A DNA stretch of 64,000 nt from the NCBI RefSeq assembly GCF_963921235.1, contig NC_086101.1, forward strand, positions 46,934,001 to 46,998,000, written 5' to 3'. Every line of letters starts with the position of its first letter. The first letter of the stretch is position 1. The notes under the pieces were generated by a model. That model saw nothing but the letters and a program-made list of their open reading frames with translations. It had not been told where the DNA came from and did no database searches. Made by a program: the position numbers and the translations under genes. The DNA is from Mobula hypostoma. Taxonomy: Eukaryota. Shown here piece by piece: positions 49,070 to 61,766 of this stretch.

Positions 49070-51118
49070 ATAGTGGGAAGTCCGATCAGCTGGTTGTACT
49101 TCTGCTGGCATATAGGCAGAGGCTAAAGATCACAGCACCACTACTGAGGACAAAGAAGGTATGGTCAAGGGAGGCAGAGGAATGCCTACAAGACTGCTTT
49201 GAGTCAGTGGACTGGACAATATTCAGGAATTCATCTTCAAATCTGAATGAATATGCCATAGTGGTCACCAACTTCATCAAGACCCATGTGGATGAGTGTG
49301 AGCCTTCTAGAGCATACCGAATATACCCAAACCAGAAGCCTTGGATGAACCAGGAGATTCGCAGTCTGTTGAGGGCTAGGTCTGTGGCATTCAAGACTGG
49401 TGATCCAGAACTATACAAGAAGTCCAGGTGTGATCCTAGGAAGGCTAATTTAAGAGTGAAAAATCAACTCTGTTTAAAGTTAGAGATGGAATTGGATGCA
49501 CGTCAGCTTTGGCAGGGTTCACAGGCCATTATTTCCTTCAAAATGAAACCTAACTACATGCCTGACTGTGATTCTTCACTCCCAGATGAGCTCAACACCT
49601 TTTATACACGGTTGGGAAGGGAGAAGCTACACTTGTGCAAATCCCTGCAGCATCTGTTGACTGTGTGATCTCTGTCTTGGAAGGCAACATGAGAACATCT
49701 TTCAAAAAGGTGAAAGCTCACAAGGAATCAGTCCCTGAAGGTGTACCTAGTATGGCACTGAAAACCTGTGCCAACCATCTGGTGGAAATGTTCAAGGACA
49801 TCTGAATCTCTCACTGCTGCAGTTGGAGGTTCCCATCTGCTTCAAAAGGGTGACAATCATACCAGTGCACAATGAGAACTGCCTCAATGATAATCTCCTA
49901 GTTGCACTCACATCTAATGTGATGAAGTACTTTGGGAGGTTGTCATGACCAGAGTCAACTCCTGCGTAAGCAAGGACCTGGACCCATTGCAATTTGCCTA
50001 TCACCACAATAGGTCTACATTCAGATACAATCTCACTGTTTTCCTGCTACTGCCTGTTTGACCTTGGATATCTTGGACAATAACAATGTCTACGTCAGGC
50101 TTCTATTTATTGTTTACAGCTCAGTATTCAACACAATTATATCTTCAGTTCTAATCAAGAAACTCCAAAACCTGGGCCTCTGGACCTCCCTCTGCAATTG
50201 GATCCTCACGGGAAGATCACAGTCAGTGCAGATCTGAAATAACACATACTCCTTGCTGATAATCAACAATGACACACCTCAAGAATGTGCGCTTAGCCTA
50301 CTGCTGGGCTCTCTCTACACCTACAACTGTGTGGCTAGGCACAGCTCAAACAGTTCTATAAATTTGGTAATGACACAACTATTTGATAGAATTTCAGATG
50401 GTGACGAGGAAGCATACAGAAGCAAGATAGATCGACGACCTTGCACTCAACATCGGTAAGACCAAGGAATTGATTGTGGACTTCAGGAAAGGGAAGTCTG
50501 GGAACATACACACCAGTCCTCTTCAAGGGATCAGTAGTGGAAAGGGTGAGCAGTTTCAAATTCCTGGGTGTCAACATCTCTGAAGATCTATTCTGGGCCC
50601 AACATATTGTTGCAATTGCAAAGAAGCCACAATAGTGGCTATTTCTACAAATTTCTACATATGTACCGTGGAGAGCATTCTAACTGGTTGCATCACCGCC
50701 TGGTATTAAGGAGCTACTGTACAGGATTGGAAAAAGCTGTAGACAGTTGTAAACTCAACCTGCTCCAGCATAGGCACTAGCTTCCCCAGCATCAAGGACA
50801 TTTTCAATGAACAATGCCTCATCAAAGAGGAGGCACCCAGGGTATGTCCTCTTCTCATTGCTACCATCAACGAACAGGTACAGGAGCCTCAAGACATGTA
50901 CAATATTTCTGGAACAGCTTCTTCTCCACCATCATATTTCTGAATGGACACGAGCTCATTATTTTTTTTTGCTCTCTCTTTGCACAATTTATTTAATCTA
51001 TTTTTTTATTTATATTTATTGTAATTTATAGCATTTTTATTATTATGTATTGCACTGTAAAGCTTCTGTGAAACAAAAATTTCATGACACGAGCCAGTGG
51101 TATTAAACCTGATTCTGA
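49070..51118 (+). mobile_element. Degraded Rex1/Babar-like LINE
   Basis: LQDCFESVDW, YPNQKPWMN, fragmented RT; same CTGATTCTGA tail. Confidence 0.8.
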
Positions 51119-51774
51119 CTGAAAAGAGCAGAAGAGAATGAATGGTTGCTTTTATTTTGCAAATCAGTAAAAGGCTGATCATTTAAAGGGTATTTATAGC
51201 TTGCAAAATTATAATAAACCCTTAAAGGTATATTAGGCCTATCACTGGTAAATAAATTTAATGCAAGTGGTAAATAATTGCATCGATTATTTCCAATTAA
51301 ATATAGACCTTCATGCTCAATAATTCACAGCAACAATCCCGCTTACTTTTCATTTTTTGCTCCTCTGGATCAGCTATGATGTATTTTCCTCACCAGATGG
51401 CACCATTGTACTTACCAGAAAGTTCCCAAGAAACCCTACAACCTGGTTGCTTCATGTGTATATAGTAGAATTTTTAAAAAAATAAATGTTTGATTGCAGT
51501 TAATTTGTACTCTATGCTTTTCCAAAAGTAAATAAATTTCCTCTCTGTTTGCAATACACGTAAGCTAGTAAGCTGCCAGGCAAGGGAAAAGATTTTAATT
51601 GATATCAAATGAGTGCTATTATATTGCTTACACAAAATACTTCTCTGCATTCAAGGAGTATGCCTTGTGTACCAAACCTGGCTTTAATTATGAAGTTAAA
51701 ACTATTTATAGCTTTCTTCAGACGTGCCTGACCCAACCCTTTCACATGGTTTTTGCTGGAAATCAAGTAAAAAG

Positions 51775-52168
51775 CTAATGCCCACCTCCCCCTTGTACCC
51801 CATCTGTTATTTATTTATATACACACATTCTTTCTCTCGCTCTCCTTTTTCTCCCTCTGTCCCTCTCACTATACCCCTTGCCCATCCTCTGGGTCCCCCC
51901 CCCTTTTCCTTCTCCCTAGGCCTCCTGTCCCATGATCCTCTCATATCCCTTTTGCCAATCAACTGTCCAGCTCTTGGCTCCATCCCTCCCCCTTCTGTCT
52001 TCTATCATTTTGGATCTCCCCCTCCCCCTCCCACTTTCAAATCTCTTACTAGCTCTTCTTTCGGTTCGTCCTGACGAAGGGTCTCGGCCAGAAATGTCGA
52101 CTGTACCTCTTCCTAGAGATGCTGCCTGGCCTGCTGCATTCACCAGCAACTTTGATGTGTGTTGCTTA
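51775..52168 (+). mobile_element. Penelope-like pLTR fragment with degenerate hammerhead (52068-52102)
   Basis: Pyrimidine-rich tract, then GTC-CTGACGA-AGGGTCTCGGCCA-GAAA-TGTC-GAC and the family tail. Confidence 0.75.
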
Positions 52169-52329
52169 AAAAGACTTGCCTTGTTGCACACACATTGCTA
52201 TTGATCAGACAGAGCTCATATGTGTATTGGCTTGGGTAAAGTACTAAGATGGCACAGTGCAGCCTATTCTGCCTAATGCTGATAGTTTTAGCAATGTATG
52301 TATCTGACCCATAGCAGGCCCCTGTCCCA

Positions 52330-52870
52330 AGATGCACCGTAGAAAGCATTCTTCTAGGGTGCATCACAACCTGGTATGGAAGTTGTCCTGTCCAAGACCA
52401 GAAGAAGCTGCAGAAGATCGTGAACACAGCACAGCACATCACACAAACTAATCTTCCGTCCTTGGACTCACTTTACACAGCACGCTGTTGGAGCAGTGCT
52501 GCCAGGATAATCAAGGACACGACCCACCTAGCCAACACGCTTTTCGTCCCTCTTCCCTCCGGGAGAAGGCACAGGAGCTTGGAGACTCGTACGGCCAGAT
52601 TGGGGAACAGCTTCTTTCCAACTGTGATAAGACTGCTGAATGGATCCTCACCCAGATCTGGGCCATACCCTCCAAATATCCGGACCTGCCTCTCAGTTTT
52701 TTTGCACTACCTTACTTTCCCTTTTCTATTTTCTATTTATGACTTATAATTTAAATTTTTAATATTTACTATTGATTTGTACTCCAGGGAGTGCGAAGCG
52801 CAGAATCAAATATCGCTGTGATGATGTACGGTCTGGTATCAATTGTTTGGCGACAACAAAGCAAAGTAAA
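52330..52870 (+). mobile_element. Rex1/Babar-like 3' fragment
   Basis: LFVPLPSGRR...NSFFPTVIRLLN C-terminal motif, AAAGTAAAG-type tail. Confidence 0.75.
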
Positions 52871-53819
52871 GGTTGAGTAGCTGCAGTGCAGTCGGAGCTG
52901 CTTTGGTGCTATTTTTAGGAATTTTGCTTGGGCTATTCCTAAAAGTCCAAAGCATTCATATTTTCCGTGTGGTCCTGTTTAAGTGATCATTCTTACCCAG
53001 CCTCATCATACTGCTCCATCACCCCCTCCTCCCTTCACAGTACTACTGGTGAGTTCAGGCTCAATAATGGCAAGCAAATCACTTGCAGTTAACTTTCTTC
53101 CCACACATCAACACGTCCACTGTTCTCCAAAGAGAGGTGCCCTTGGCCTTCAAAGCTAACAATTCTGGAATTCCCTCCTTCAATCTTTGTCTGTAGTTTC
53201 TCTTTCCCTCTTATAGTCATTCTTTAAACCTTTGACCAAGTGTTTGTTCATCTGTCCTAATACCTCCTCTTGTGCCTCATCACTACATTTTGCTTGCCGC
53301 ATCCCTGAAGTGAGTGAGTGTGGTTGCTTTGTTTCTTCAAAGGCCATGTATTAATACTTGTCATGTTACCGTCAGATTAGGAAAAAGACATAGGAGTTGA
53401 AATACATCTGTCGTAGTGTGTGCCAATTTTGTAATATATAATATTTACGTATTGAACTTTGCTTCCAACTTTCTGCTACATTGGCATCAGTGGAATGAAT
53501 TTTAATAAAATGAGTTGAATTTGCAAACTACTACATTTCATATTTAACATATGCAACAAAATTAGTTTCTACCCTATAGTTTCCTTTTCTAATTTTGTAA
53601 ATAGTAGCAAAAAAACAAAGTACCAGAGGAACTCATGAAGCAGGGCCACAATCGGAAGTATTGACTATCCCTGTGCCTCCATAGATGCTGCCATGACCCA
53701 CTGAATTCCTCCAGCACTTTGTTTTCACTCCAGATTACAGCATCTGCAGTTTCTTGGCTACATTTGTAAAGTGTGGCTTTTAAACCAGATAGAAACTCAG
53801 ATTTATTATTTGTTAATAG

Positions 53820-53939
53820 ATGAGATTCTATGAAGTAGTCCGACCCTTGCGAGAAGAGATTGAAGAGCTTCGACAGAAGAAAGCTAGCCTTTGGGAAGAG
53901 AGCAACTGTCAGAAAAACCAGCTAAATAGCTTAATGGAG
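53820..53939 (+). CDS. PIBF1: PIBF1 coding exon 4
   Basis: Hand translation MRFYEVVRPLREEIEELRQKKASLWEESNCQKNQLNSLME; TAG/GT; 120 nt. Confidence 0.93.
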
Positions 53940-55074
53940 GTTGGTAATTCTTGCTATCTTTAAAATAAATTAAAGGATTTTGGGCTGGATTGACATTCTT
54001 CATGTCCTCGTGTTTCTAGCTGCTCTGTCATGTCAAGTGGATTTATTCAAAAGAACGTTTTGAATAAAATGCAAGTTTTTTTCTTAATTGCATGACTTAG
54101 TCCTGTTTACCTCACTGCTTTTTTGAGCAATATTTTGCATCTTCCACAACCTTTTTAATTGTTTAGTGACGTGCTAATGTCACAACTTTACTTCTTTAAA
54201 CGTTATTTTCTCACATTTCAATCTACGTTTCTTTTCAGGACACCTTTTGTTCTGCTGTGTATTCTCTTGTTCCAAATGTAATACTTTTTTACCATCAGGT
54301 ACACCAACAGTAGTTGGTCTCTCAATTGATATTATTTTTACAATGACATGGACGATGTTCAGAATGTAGTTGTAAGACTGCTGTTAGTTTTAAAATATTT
54401 TGAATGAAATGTTAATAGAGTACTGGGTTATATGCTGAGGTTATTTATATTCAATAATGTTAATCATTGTTGCTGTTTTTATTATAAATTTAAAATTATA
54501 AAGATCTAATTGCTTTCAAGCAAAATTATTAATTTTAACAACCAAAGACCGTGAAACTTTTGGTTTAATATTTACCTGTCAGCTCAGATTTTTCCTGCAA
54601 GTTAAGTATTTTCTATTTTAATAATCTTGCAGGCATATATGGGCACAAGTTGCTTGTTAACTTCACCAGAACATAGAATTTTAAGTATGTAGGATCCAAA
54701 AGGTTGTGCAGAATTTTCTTTTTGTTAACCTTTTCTGAACAACCAAAGGAGTTTTGGCAATGGTTGACATAGATTGTTTATCAAAGAACAATTGTAGCAA
54801 TATTTTAGAATATGGATTGCTATTATAATAGTTTTTTTTGTATTTATTAGAGTTCCACAAATTACCACTCATTTGCCTGAAACTTTAGTAAAGTAAGGTG
54901 TGGGCCTCCATCATCAGAGTTGACCATGGATATTGTGTCCTAGCTCTCCAGATACGCAAGCCTGAGCAGTACAATTATGGAGAGCTAGTTGCTGCCCATG
55001 TAGCAAGCTCCCCTCTTCACCCGTCTGATGAACCCAAAGGAACGGCGGAGACAGATACAGTTAGGTACCAGCAA

Positions 55075-55408
55075 ACAACAGGAATTCTGCAGATGCTGGA
55101 AATTCAAGCAACACACATCAAAGTTGCTGGTGAACACAGCAGGCCAGGCAGCATCTATAGGAAGAGGCGCAGTCGATGTTTCAGGCCGAGACCCTTCGTC
55201 AGGACTAACTGAAGGAAGAGTGAGTAAGGGATTTGAAAGCTGGAGGGGGAGGGGGAGATGCCCCCTCCCCCTCCAGCTTTCAAATCCTTACTCACTCTTC
55301 CTTCAGTTAGTCCTGACGAAGGGTCTCGGCCTGAAACGTCGACTGCGCCTCTTCCTATAGATGCTGCCTGGCCTGCTGCGTTCACCAGCAACTTTGATGT
55401 GTGTTGCT
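55075..55408. mobile_element. Penelope-like pLTR fold-back (inverted) insertion with 12-13 bp target duplication
   Basis: ~150-bp arms inverted around ~55258; (T)AGGTACCAGCAA at 55062-55074 and 55408-55420; hammerhead motif in each arm. Confidence 0.85.
55309..55344 (+). ncRNA. Minimal type-I hammerhead ribozyme (predicted)
   Basis: AGTC-CTGACGA-AGG(GTCTCGG)CCT-GAAA-CGTC-GACT: stem I, CUGANGA core, stem II, GAAA, palindromic stem III, GUC cleavage triplet. Confidence 0.8.
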
Positions 55409-56522
55409 AGGTACCAGCAAGGTCGCAGGAGTTGCCAGTCAGCATTGAGCTCAATGTAGGACTGCCTTAGGGACTCCAGCTTCGTATTTTTCTCTCGGGG
55501 TTACTTCCAAAGTCTTCCCCATGAGTGGCTATAGTTGCAAGGCAACAGAGGTTTGAGATCAGAGTTTTTACTTAGTAAGGTAAATGGGTAAAATCAATTC
55601 TGTTTTTCATAGTCCTTTCATTTTCTTGAGGGCAGTTATTCAGGCAATCCGAAGCTATGGATTTAAGGATATTTGAACATCTTATTCATTTTTTTGGCTT
55701 GGGGGTGTCACTGAAAAGGCCAGAATTACCTATCATTCCTAGCTGATCACTTGAGACGAAGCTGTGTTTCTGGTGCATGCAGTCCCACATGCTGTTGGTT
55801 ACGCAGCTCATGGTTTAAACCCAACAACAATGAAGGGACAAAATATATTTCTGCTGATGAGTTTGTGTAATTTGAAAGGAAACCTGAAGGTAGTAGTGTT
55901 TCCTTGCACCCTCGCTGCACTTGTCTTCAGAAGCATAGGCTTGGGTTTGGAAGCTGCTGTCAGAGAATCATAAATAAATGGTACACTTTGTAGATGGCAC
56001 ACGCCATACGGTCGGTACGTTGGTGCTGGAGGGAATTAACATTTAGGTTAGTGAATGGAGTGCTACTTTAGCAGTCCTAATTTTTCCTTGGTGGTATTGT
56101 TCATGAAAGTGGAGAGTGTTTTAATATGCTACTAACTTCTGTATTGTAGATGGCAGAAAGACTCTGGGTATCAGGATGTAACTCACTTGCAGCATTAAAC
56201 CCAGATGAAGATTTTCTGTAATCCAAATATTTACATGGCAAGTTTACATAAATGCATTGGCTACAGAAGATCACCATTGACTACAAACTAAGTGTAGGAT
56301 ATTGATTGTGGGGCACTTAGCAATGGTAATGCTTTCAAAAGTCATGGTAAATCATTAAGCTCAGTCTCATAGGTGATGGCCATTGCATGGTTCATTCTTT
56401 ACTTGCATTTATCAACCCAAAGTGCAGAGGTTTTGCTATGTACAGCCATGGGCTGCCTAATTTGCTCAGGTATTAAAAGCTAATTATTTAACACTCACCT
56501 TTTCCATTCTTGCAATCTTTAG

Positions 56523-56656
56523 AACTATGAATCTGAAAGGAAAGCTCGCTCCGATCTGCAAGTCCGTTGTCAGCGCCTTGTATTGGAACTAGCTGACACC
56601 AAACAACTTATCCAGCAGTCAGACTATAAGAGGGAGCATTACGATCATGTAAAACG
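56523..56656 (+). CDS. PIBF1: PIBF1 coding exon 5
   Basis: Hand translation [44 protein letters not shown](R); TAG/GTAAGT; 134 nt. Confidence 0.95.
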
Positions 56657-57406
56657 GTAAGTATGTCCATATTTCATATTTTCTAGTAGCTTTATCCATG
56701 ACTTTTTTGCACCACTTAGACACACAATTTCAAATATTGACTCACTCAGAATATATCAAGAATTAAAAATAAATCCTACCTTGACACTGATGAGTGATGA
56801 CAGTATGGAGTATTATCCTACACTGTTACAATGACTTACAGCTTAGAAATATACTGTAAATATTTTCAGTATGCATACCTGACACTGAATTTAAAACTCA
56901 TACCCTGGCCTGATCAAAATACATGGACAAACAAAATGTTCCTAATGACGGGTGCGTGGTTGACCTAAGGTATGCATGTAAGCAGTTCTAATATGGCATT
57001 GCACATGGTAACTTGAGAGACTTGTGATGTTTAAATTACAACATACACCTTTCTGCACATATGTGTAACAGATGATTAGTTGCTAAATACAAACTTTGTA
57101 GCTTAAACAATGGCTTTGGCTCTTTTCAATATATCAAGAGGGAAAGATCAATTTTTCTGATAGCTGGTAGTGTTTTTGGAAACAGCAAGTTGGTTACTCA
57201 AAAGGAATTATAATAGTGTCACACAGACTTGAAATTATATTATGTTGGCATTGTATTCAAAGTTCAAAGTAAGTTTATTATCAAAGTACACATATGATAT
57301 CATGTAATACCTTGTGATCCATTTTTTACAGACATTCACAGTAGAACAAAGAAGTACAATAGAATCAGTGAAAAACTACTCACAAGGACTGACAAAACAA
57401 CCAATG

Positions 57407-57544
57407 NNNNNNNNNNNNNNNNNNNNNNNNNNNNNNNNNNNNNNNNNNNNNNNNNNNNNNNNNNNNNNNNNNNNNNNNNNNNNNNNNNNNNNNNNNNNNN
57501 NNNNNNNNNNNNNNNNNNNNNNNNNNNNNNNNNNNNNNNNNNNN
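57407..57544. other. Assembly gap
   Basis: Run of N. Confidence 1.
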
Positions 57545-57700
57545 CGAGTCCTTGAAAGTGAGTCCGTAGGTTGTGGAATCAGTCATAGTTGAGGAGGGTG
57601 AAGTTGTCCACACTGCTTCAGGAGCCTGACAATTGAAGGGTGATAACCCTTTGCCATTATAAATCATGTCATAAAGAACTCCATGAAGTACCCTTAAAAG

Positions 57701-57780
57701 CAGGGGTTCCTAGCCTGGAGTCCATGATCCCTTGGTTAATGCTAAAGGTAGATGGCATTAAAAAAGGTTGAGAACCCCTG
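57701..57780. mobile_element. 80-bp hAT/Charlie-type MITE
   Basis: TIR CAGGGGTTC...GAACCCCTG; 8-bp TSD CTTAAAAG/CTTTAAAG; related partial copy at ~14760-14826. Confidence 0.8.
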
Positions 57781-57999
57781 CTTTAAAGGGTTAGGTAGTT
57801 GGAATTACATTGGCAACAATAACAATTTTTTAAAAATGCACAGAGAACTGCATAAACAAAGACTGTGATAAATCTTAAGATTAAAAAAAATTAAATGTTG
57901 TTTTCTTTGTTATTTATTAGAAGTTTTAGGGACAAAAATATATTTGAGTTGTTTTTAACTCAGTGAAGTATATGTTATGTTTCATGTGTTTTGTTTCAG

Positions 58000-58108
58000 A
58001 GAGAGAGATGCACTTGATACGGAGGCTTCAGAGCTCAGAAAAAGGCTGGAACTACTTGAAATCACACACAAAGCACAAACTAAGGAGAGAAATGATTTAT
58101 CCAAAGAG
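58000..58108 (+). CDS. PIBF1: PIBF1 coding exon 6
   Basis: [36 protein letters not shown]; CAG/GT; 109 nt restores phase 0. Confidence 0.94.
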
Positions 58109-58844
58109 GTGCTGATGTTAATAATATATCCCATTCCCAGGATTCTCATGTCACTGGCTAGGCCGATATTTATTGCACATTTCTGATTATCCTTAAACTG
58201 AGAAGCTTCCTTATTCATTTCAGGGATTAATTAAGAGTCAATCATATTGATGGTCTCGACTCTAGTCTCGGGTCACAAAATAGGACAGGTAGTGTAAGGA
58301 TGGTAGATTTCCTTCCCTGTGGACTGTGAACCAAAGAGATTTTTTAAATCTTCATATTACTGAAGGTTACTTTTAAATACAAATTTATTTCATTTTCTAG
58401 CTTAAGATTTTTGTGTATCTGTCAATAATTTTGGCCTCTGGAAGTTTGTTCACTAAGAATCACTATATTACCATATTTGTTTTCTGCCTTGATCATATCT
58501 GTGTTGTACCACTGTAGTGCAGTCAGGCAATCAGGCTTTGGATCTGGATTGATATTTTGATGCAATATTGATGTGAAAGGTCACATTAACGCAAAAAAGT
58601 GTCGATATCGGTGTCCTAGATAACACATCTCTCTCATTCAACATGGACAAAATGGTGTATCTGGAATGTAAAACATAGCAATTAATTATTATTAATTAAC
58701 TAATTTATTAAATATAAATTTGTGCTTAAAATTTTCCCACATCAAATTGTGTTAAGGTGGAAAATAATAAAGTAATGGCCTAATATTTTGCCACCTTCAC
58801 TAAAATTCAGATTCATCTTTGGAGGTGGAAAGAAATGACAGCTT

Positions 58845-59387
58845 TTAGGTACTTCTATAGTTGTACTGTGGAGAGCATTCTGACAAGCTGCATCACTGTG
58901 TGGTATGGGGGTGGGGAGGGTGCTACTGCACAGGACCTAAAGAAGCTGCAGAGGTTTGTAAATCTAGTCAGTTCCATCTTGGGTACTAGCCTACAAAGTA
59001 CCCAGGACATCTTCAGGGAGCGGTGTCTCAGAAAGGCAGCGTCCATTATTAAGGACCTCCAGCATCCAGGGCATGCCTTTTTCTCACAGTCACCAACAGG
59101 TAGGAGGTACAGAAGCCTGAAGGCACACACTCAGCGATTCAGGAACAGCTTCTTCCCCTCTGCCATCCGATTCCTAAATGGACATTGAATCCTTGGACAC
59201 TACCTCACTTTTTTTAATATACAATAATTCTGTTTTTTGCACTTTTAAAAAATCTATTCAATATATGTATACTGTAATTGATTTACTTATTTTTTTTCTC
59301 TTCTAGATTATGTATTACATTGAACTGCTGCTGCTAAGTTAACAGATTTCACGTCACATGCCAGTGATAATAAACCAGATTCTGATT
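58845..59387 (+). mobile_element. Rex1/Babar-like 3' fragment, same subfamily as 48470-48998
   Basis: Highly similar to 48470-48998 including the 3' UTR and tail. Confidence 0.85.
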
Positions 59388-59869
59388 TGAGATATCTAAG
59401 GAGAAAATGAAGAAGGTTTAAATGTAGTGAATGATGATTAAAAATTGCAAAGTTTTAAAACAAAAAGTTTTGCACAACCTCCAAAATTTGCGAACATTGA
59501 AGGCTGAGCAAAAGGATTTGCTGTGTATCAGGGATTGAGGTGTTTTTGGAAGATGGACTTTGCAAATTTTAACCATTATGGGTTGCAATCAAATATAGGC
59601 ACTATGTCAGCCAAAACCCCTAAAGAACTGGTAATTCAGAATTACATTCTAATTTGGTCTGAGCTATGGAGGGAAATGGAAATGGTCCCAGACTATGGCA
59701 ATGAAGAACCACAACACTAACATAAATGGTAAATCAAAACCTGATTGCCTATGGTGCACCACAGTGGTACAATGCTGGTATAATCAAGAACAGAGTATTT
59801 TTAGTGCAAACTTGAATGTTAAATACTAATGACTAAATATTTTTTGAAGTATTTGTGGAACACTAATCT

Positions 59870-60292
59870 TAAACATAAGATATTGGAGTAGAATTAGGTC
59901 ATTTGGCTATCGAGTCTACTCTGCCATTTCATTATGGCTGATACAATTTTCCTTTCAGCCCCAGTCTCCTGCCTTCTCCCCATATTTCTTCATGGCCTAA
60001 CCAATCAAGAAACTGTCAACCTCTGCCTTTCCTATACATTAAGACTTGGCCTCCATGGCTGACTGTGGCAAAGAATTCCACAGATCCATTACTCTCTGAC
60101 TAAAGAAGTTCCTCCTTATCTCCGTTCTAAAAGAATTCTGTGGTGTTCTTTGGCCTTAGACCCTCCCACCATAGAAAACATCCTCTCCACATCCTCTCTA
60201 TCGAGGCCTTTCACCATTAGTTAGGTTTCAATTAGGTCACCCTCCCATTTCTTTGAATCGTAGTGAATACAGCCCCAGAACCATCAAACAAG
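59870..60292 (-). mobile_element. CR1 3' fragment
   Basis: Reverse complement of the CR1 3' region seen at 41750-42130 and 45870-46300. Confidence 0.7.
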
Positions 60293-60985
60293 CCATAGAA
60301 AGAGGTGGCAATTATGAGAGCATCTGCCAAAATTGATGATAATCTTATAAAAATTTCTTCTGCATGCCGTGGTAATGCCGAGTAGGGATTATCACTGACA
60401 AATAATAATGAACATTGTTAAGGGAAAAGGGTGAGTTGTATTGCTTAATTATGTTTTACTATTAATAAAAGTTTAGCATAGACAAAATGAAATAAATAAA
60501 GCATTTTAGAAAACCTGTTCAAAACTTATTAATCGTTTTAAAATACAATTGAAAATGATATAATTTCAAAATAATATTGTTATTGTATCTGTTTACTATC
60601 CAAATCCCGATGTGTACACCAAACTGAGGATTTCAAAACATATCATCCAACATTGTGTGTTTCGCTACAGTCTAGTTGGCGCCAAGCCTGCATGGGACGT
60701 TTGCTGTGAAAACATCTCACTGCTCTCGGATTGTAAAAACTCATTCTCTGTTTTATTTGGCATTAAAGATGATTGTTATGTTTTTTTATTATGGGTGAGA
60801 TTTAAAGAATCGAAGGGAGCACTGCATGCCACAAAATTTATGTGCATGTTATCTTGGGCACACATACCACTGATTTGCCGTCCCTGGGTTTAGAACTTAT
60901 TGCTCCTGTGGTAACTGTTCAAATTAAATAGAATACTAAAAATTCAGTGATCTTCAGGAAAAGTTTTTTTCTGTGTTTCGCTCAG

Positions 60986-61167
60986 GCAGCAGCAATGCAG
61001 CAATCTATTAACTTGCTGCAAAAAGATAAAGAATACTTGAATCGCCAAAATATGGAACTGAACATTCGGTGTGCTCATGAAGAGGACCGCATAGAACGCC
61101 TCCAAACTCATCTTGAGGAGGCAAAGCGAGCTAGAGAAGAAATGTATGAAAAATATGTGGTTTCAAG
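60986..61167 (+). CDS. PIBF1: PIBF1 coding exon 7; gene continues beyond window
   Basis: [60 protein letters not shown]; CAG/GTATGT; 182 nt. Confidence 0.95.
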
Positions 61168-61766
61168 GTATGTGGTTTTACACAGAACACTACAGGTGCT
61201 CTCTACAGATGTATCTCCTTACCTTGTCTTGTGCAATCCAGCACTGATGATCTGATTAAACACAGGTGAGATTGTTGTAAATTTTCTGTCACTTGTTTCC
61301 AAATCTATGCATTGGAATGTTACATCTTCTTTGCTCTATGTCTCAGCATCTACAGTCATCTTAAGGTTAAAAACTAATCTTATATACTCAAAAACAATTT
61401 ATTCACCTCATCTCAGTTTTAAACAGTGGCCCCTCATTTCTGACATTGACTTCTTTGCTGCAAACATTTCACCCTTAGGAAACATCATTCAGTGTCAACC
61501 CTGTCATTTGTTCTCAAAATCTTGTATGTCTCATTGGAATCACTTCTCATTCTTCTGTGTGACATGGAGAATAGGTATGTGGAACAGCTAGTAATGCTGC
61601 AGCCTTACACCGTCTACATTTATGACCTGTGGTGTGGTCAATATGGAAGTTGCACATTCTTCCTATGGCCGTATGTTTCCTCTAGGCACTTTGGTATCTT
61701 CCCACATTACAAAGATGTGTAGATGAATAGTAGAATCTGGGTTGAAGGAAGGGAGGAGTTGATAAG

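Larger units (their letters stand above)
54895..55570 (-). mobile_element. Second non-autonomous RTE-type retroposon (5'-truncated), target of the Penelope-like insertion
   Basis: GC-richer non-coding block interrupted by the fold-back; family assignment by resemblance only. Confidence 0.45.

Noticed and set aside
55020-55056. CTGATGA...GAGAC as another hammerhead
   Set aside because: No GAAA box and no convincing stems I/III.
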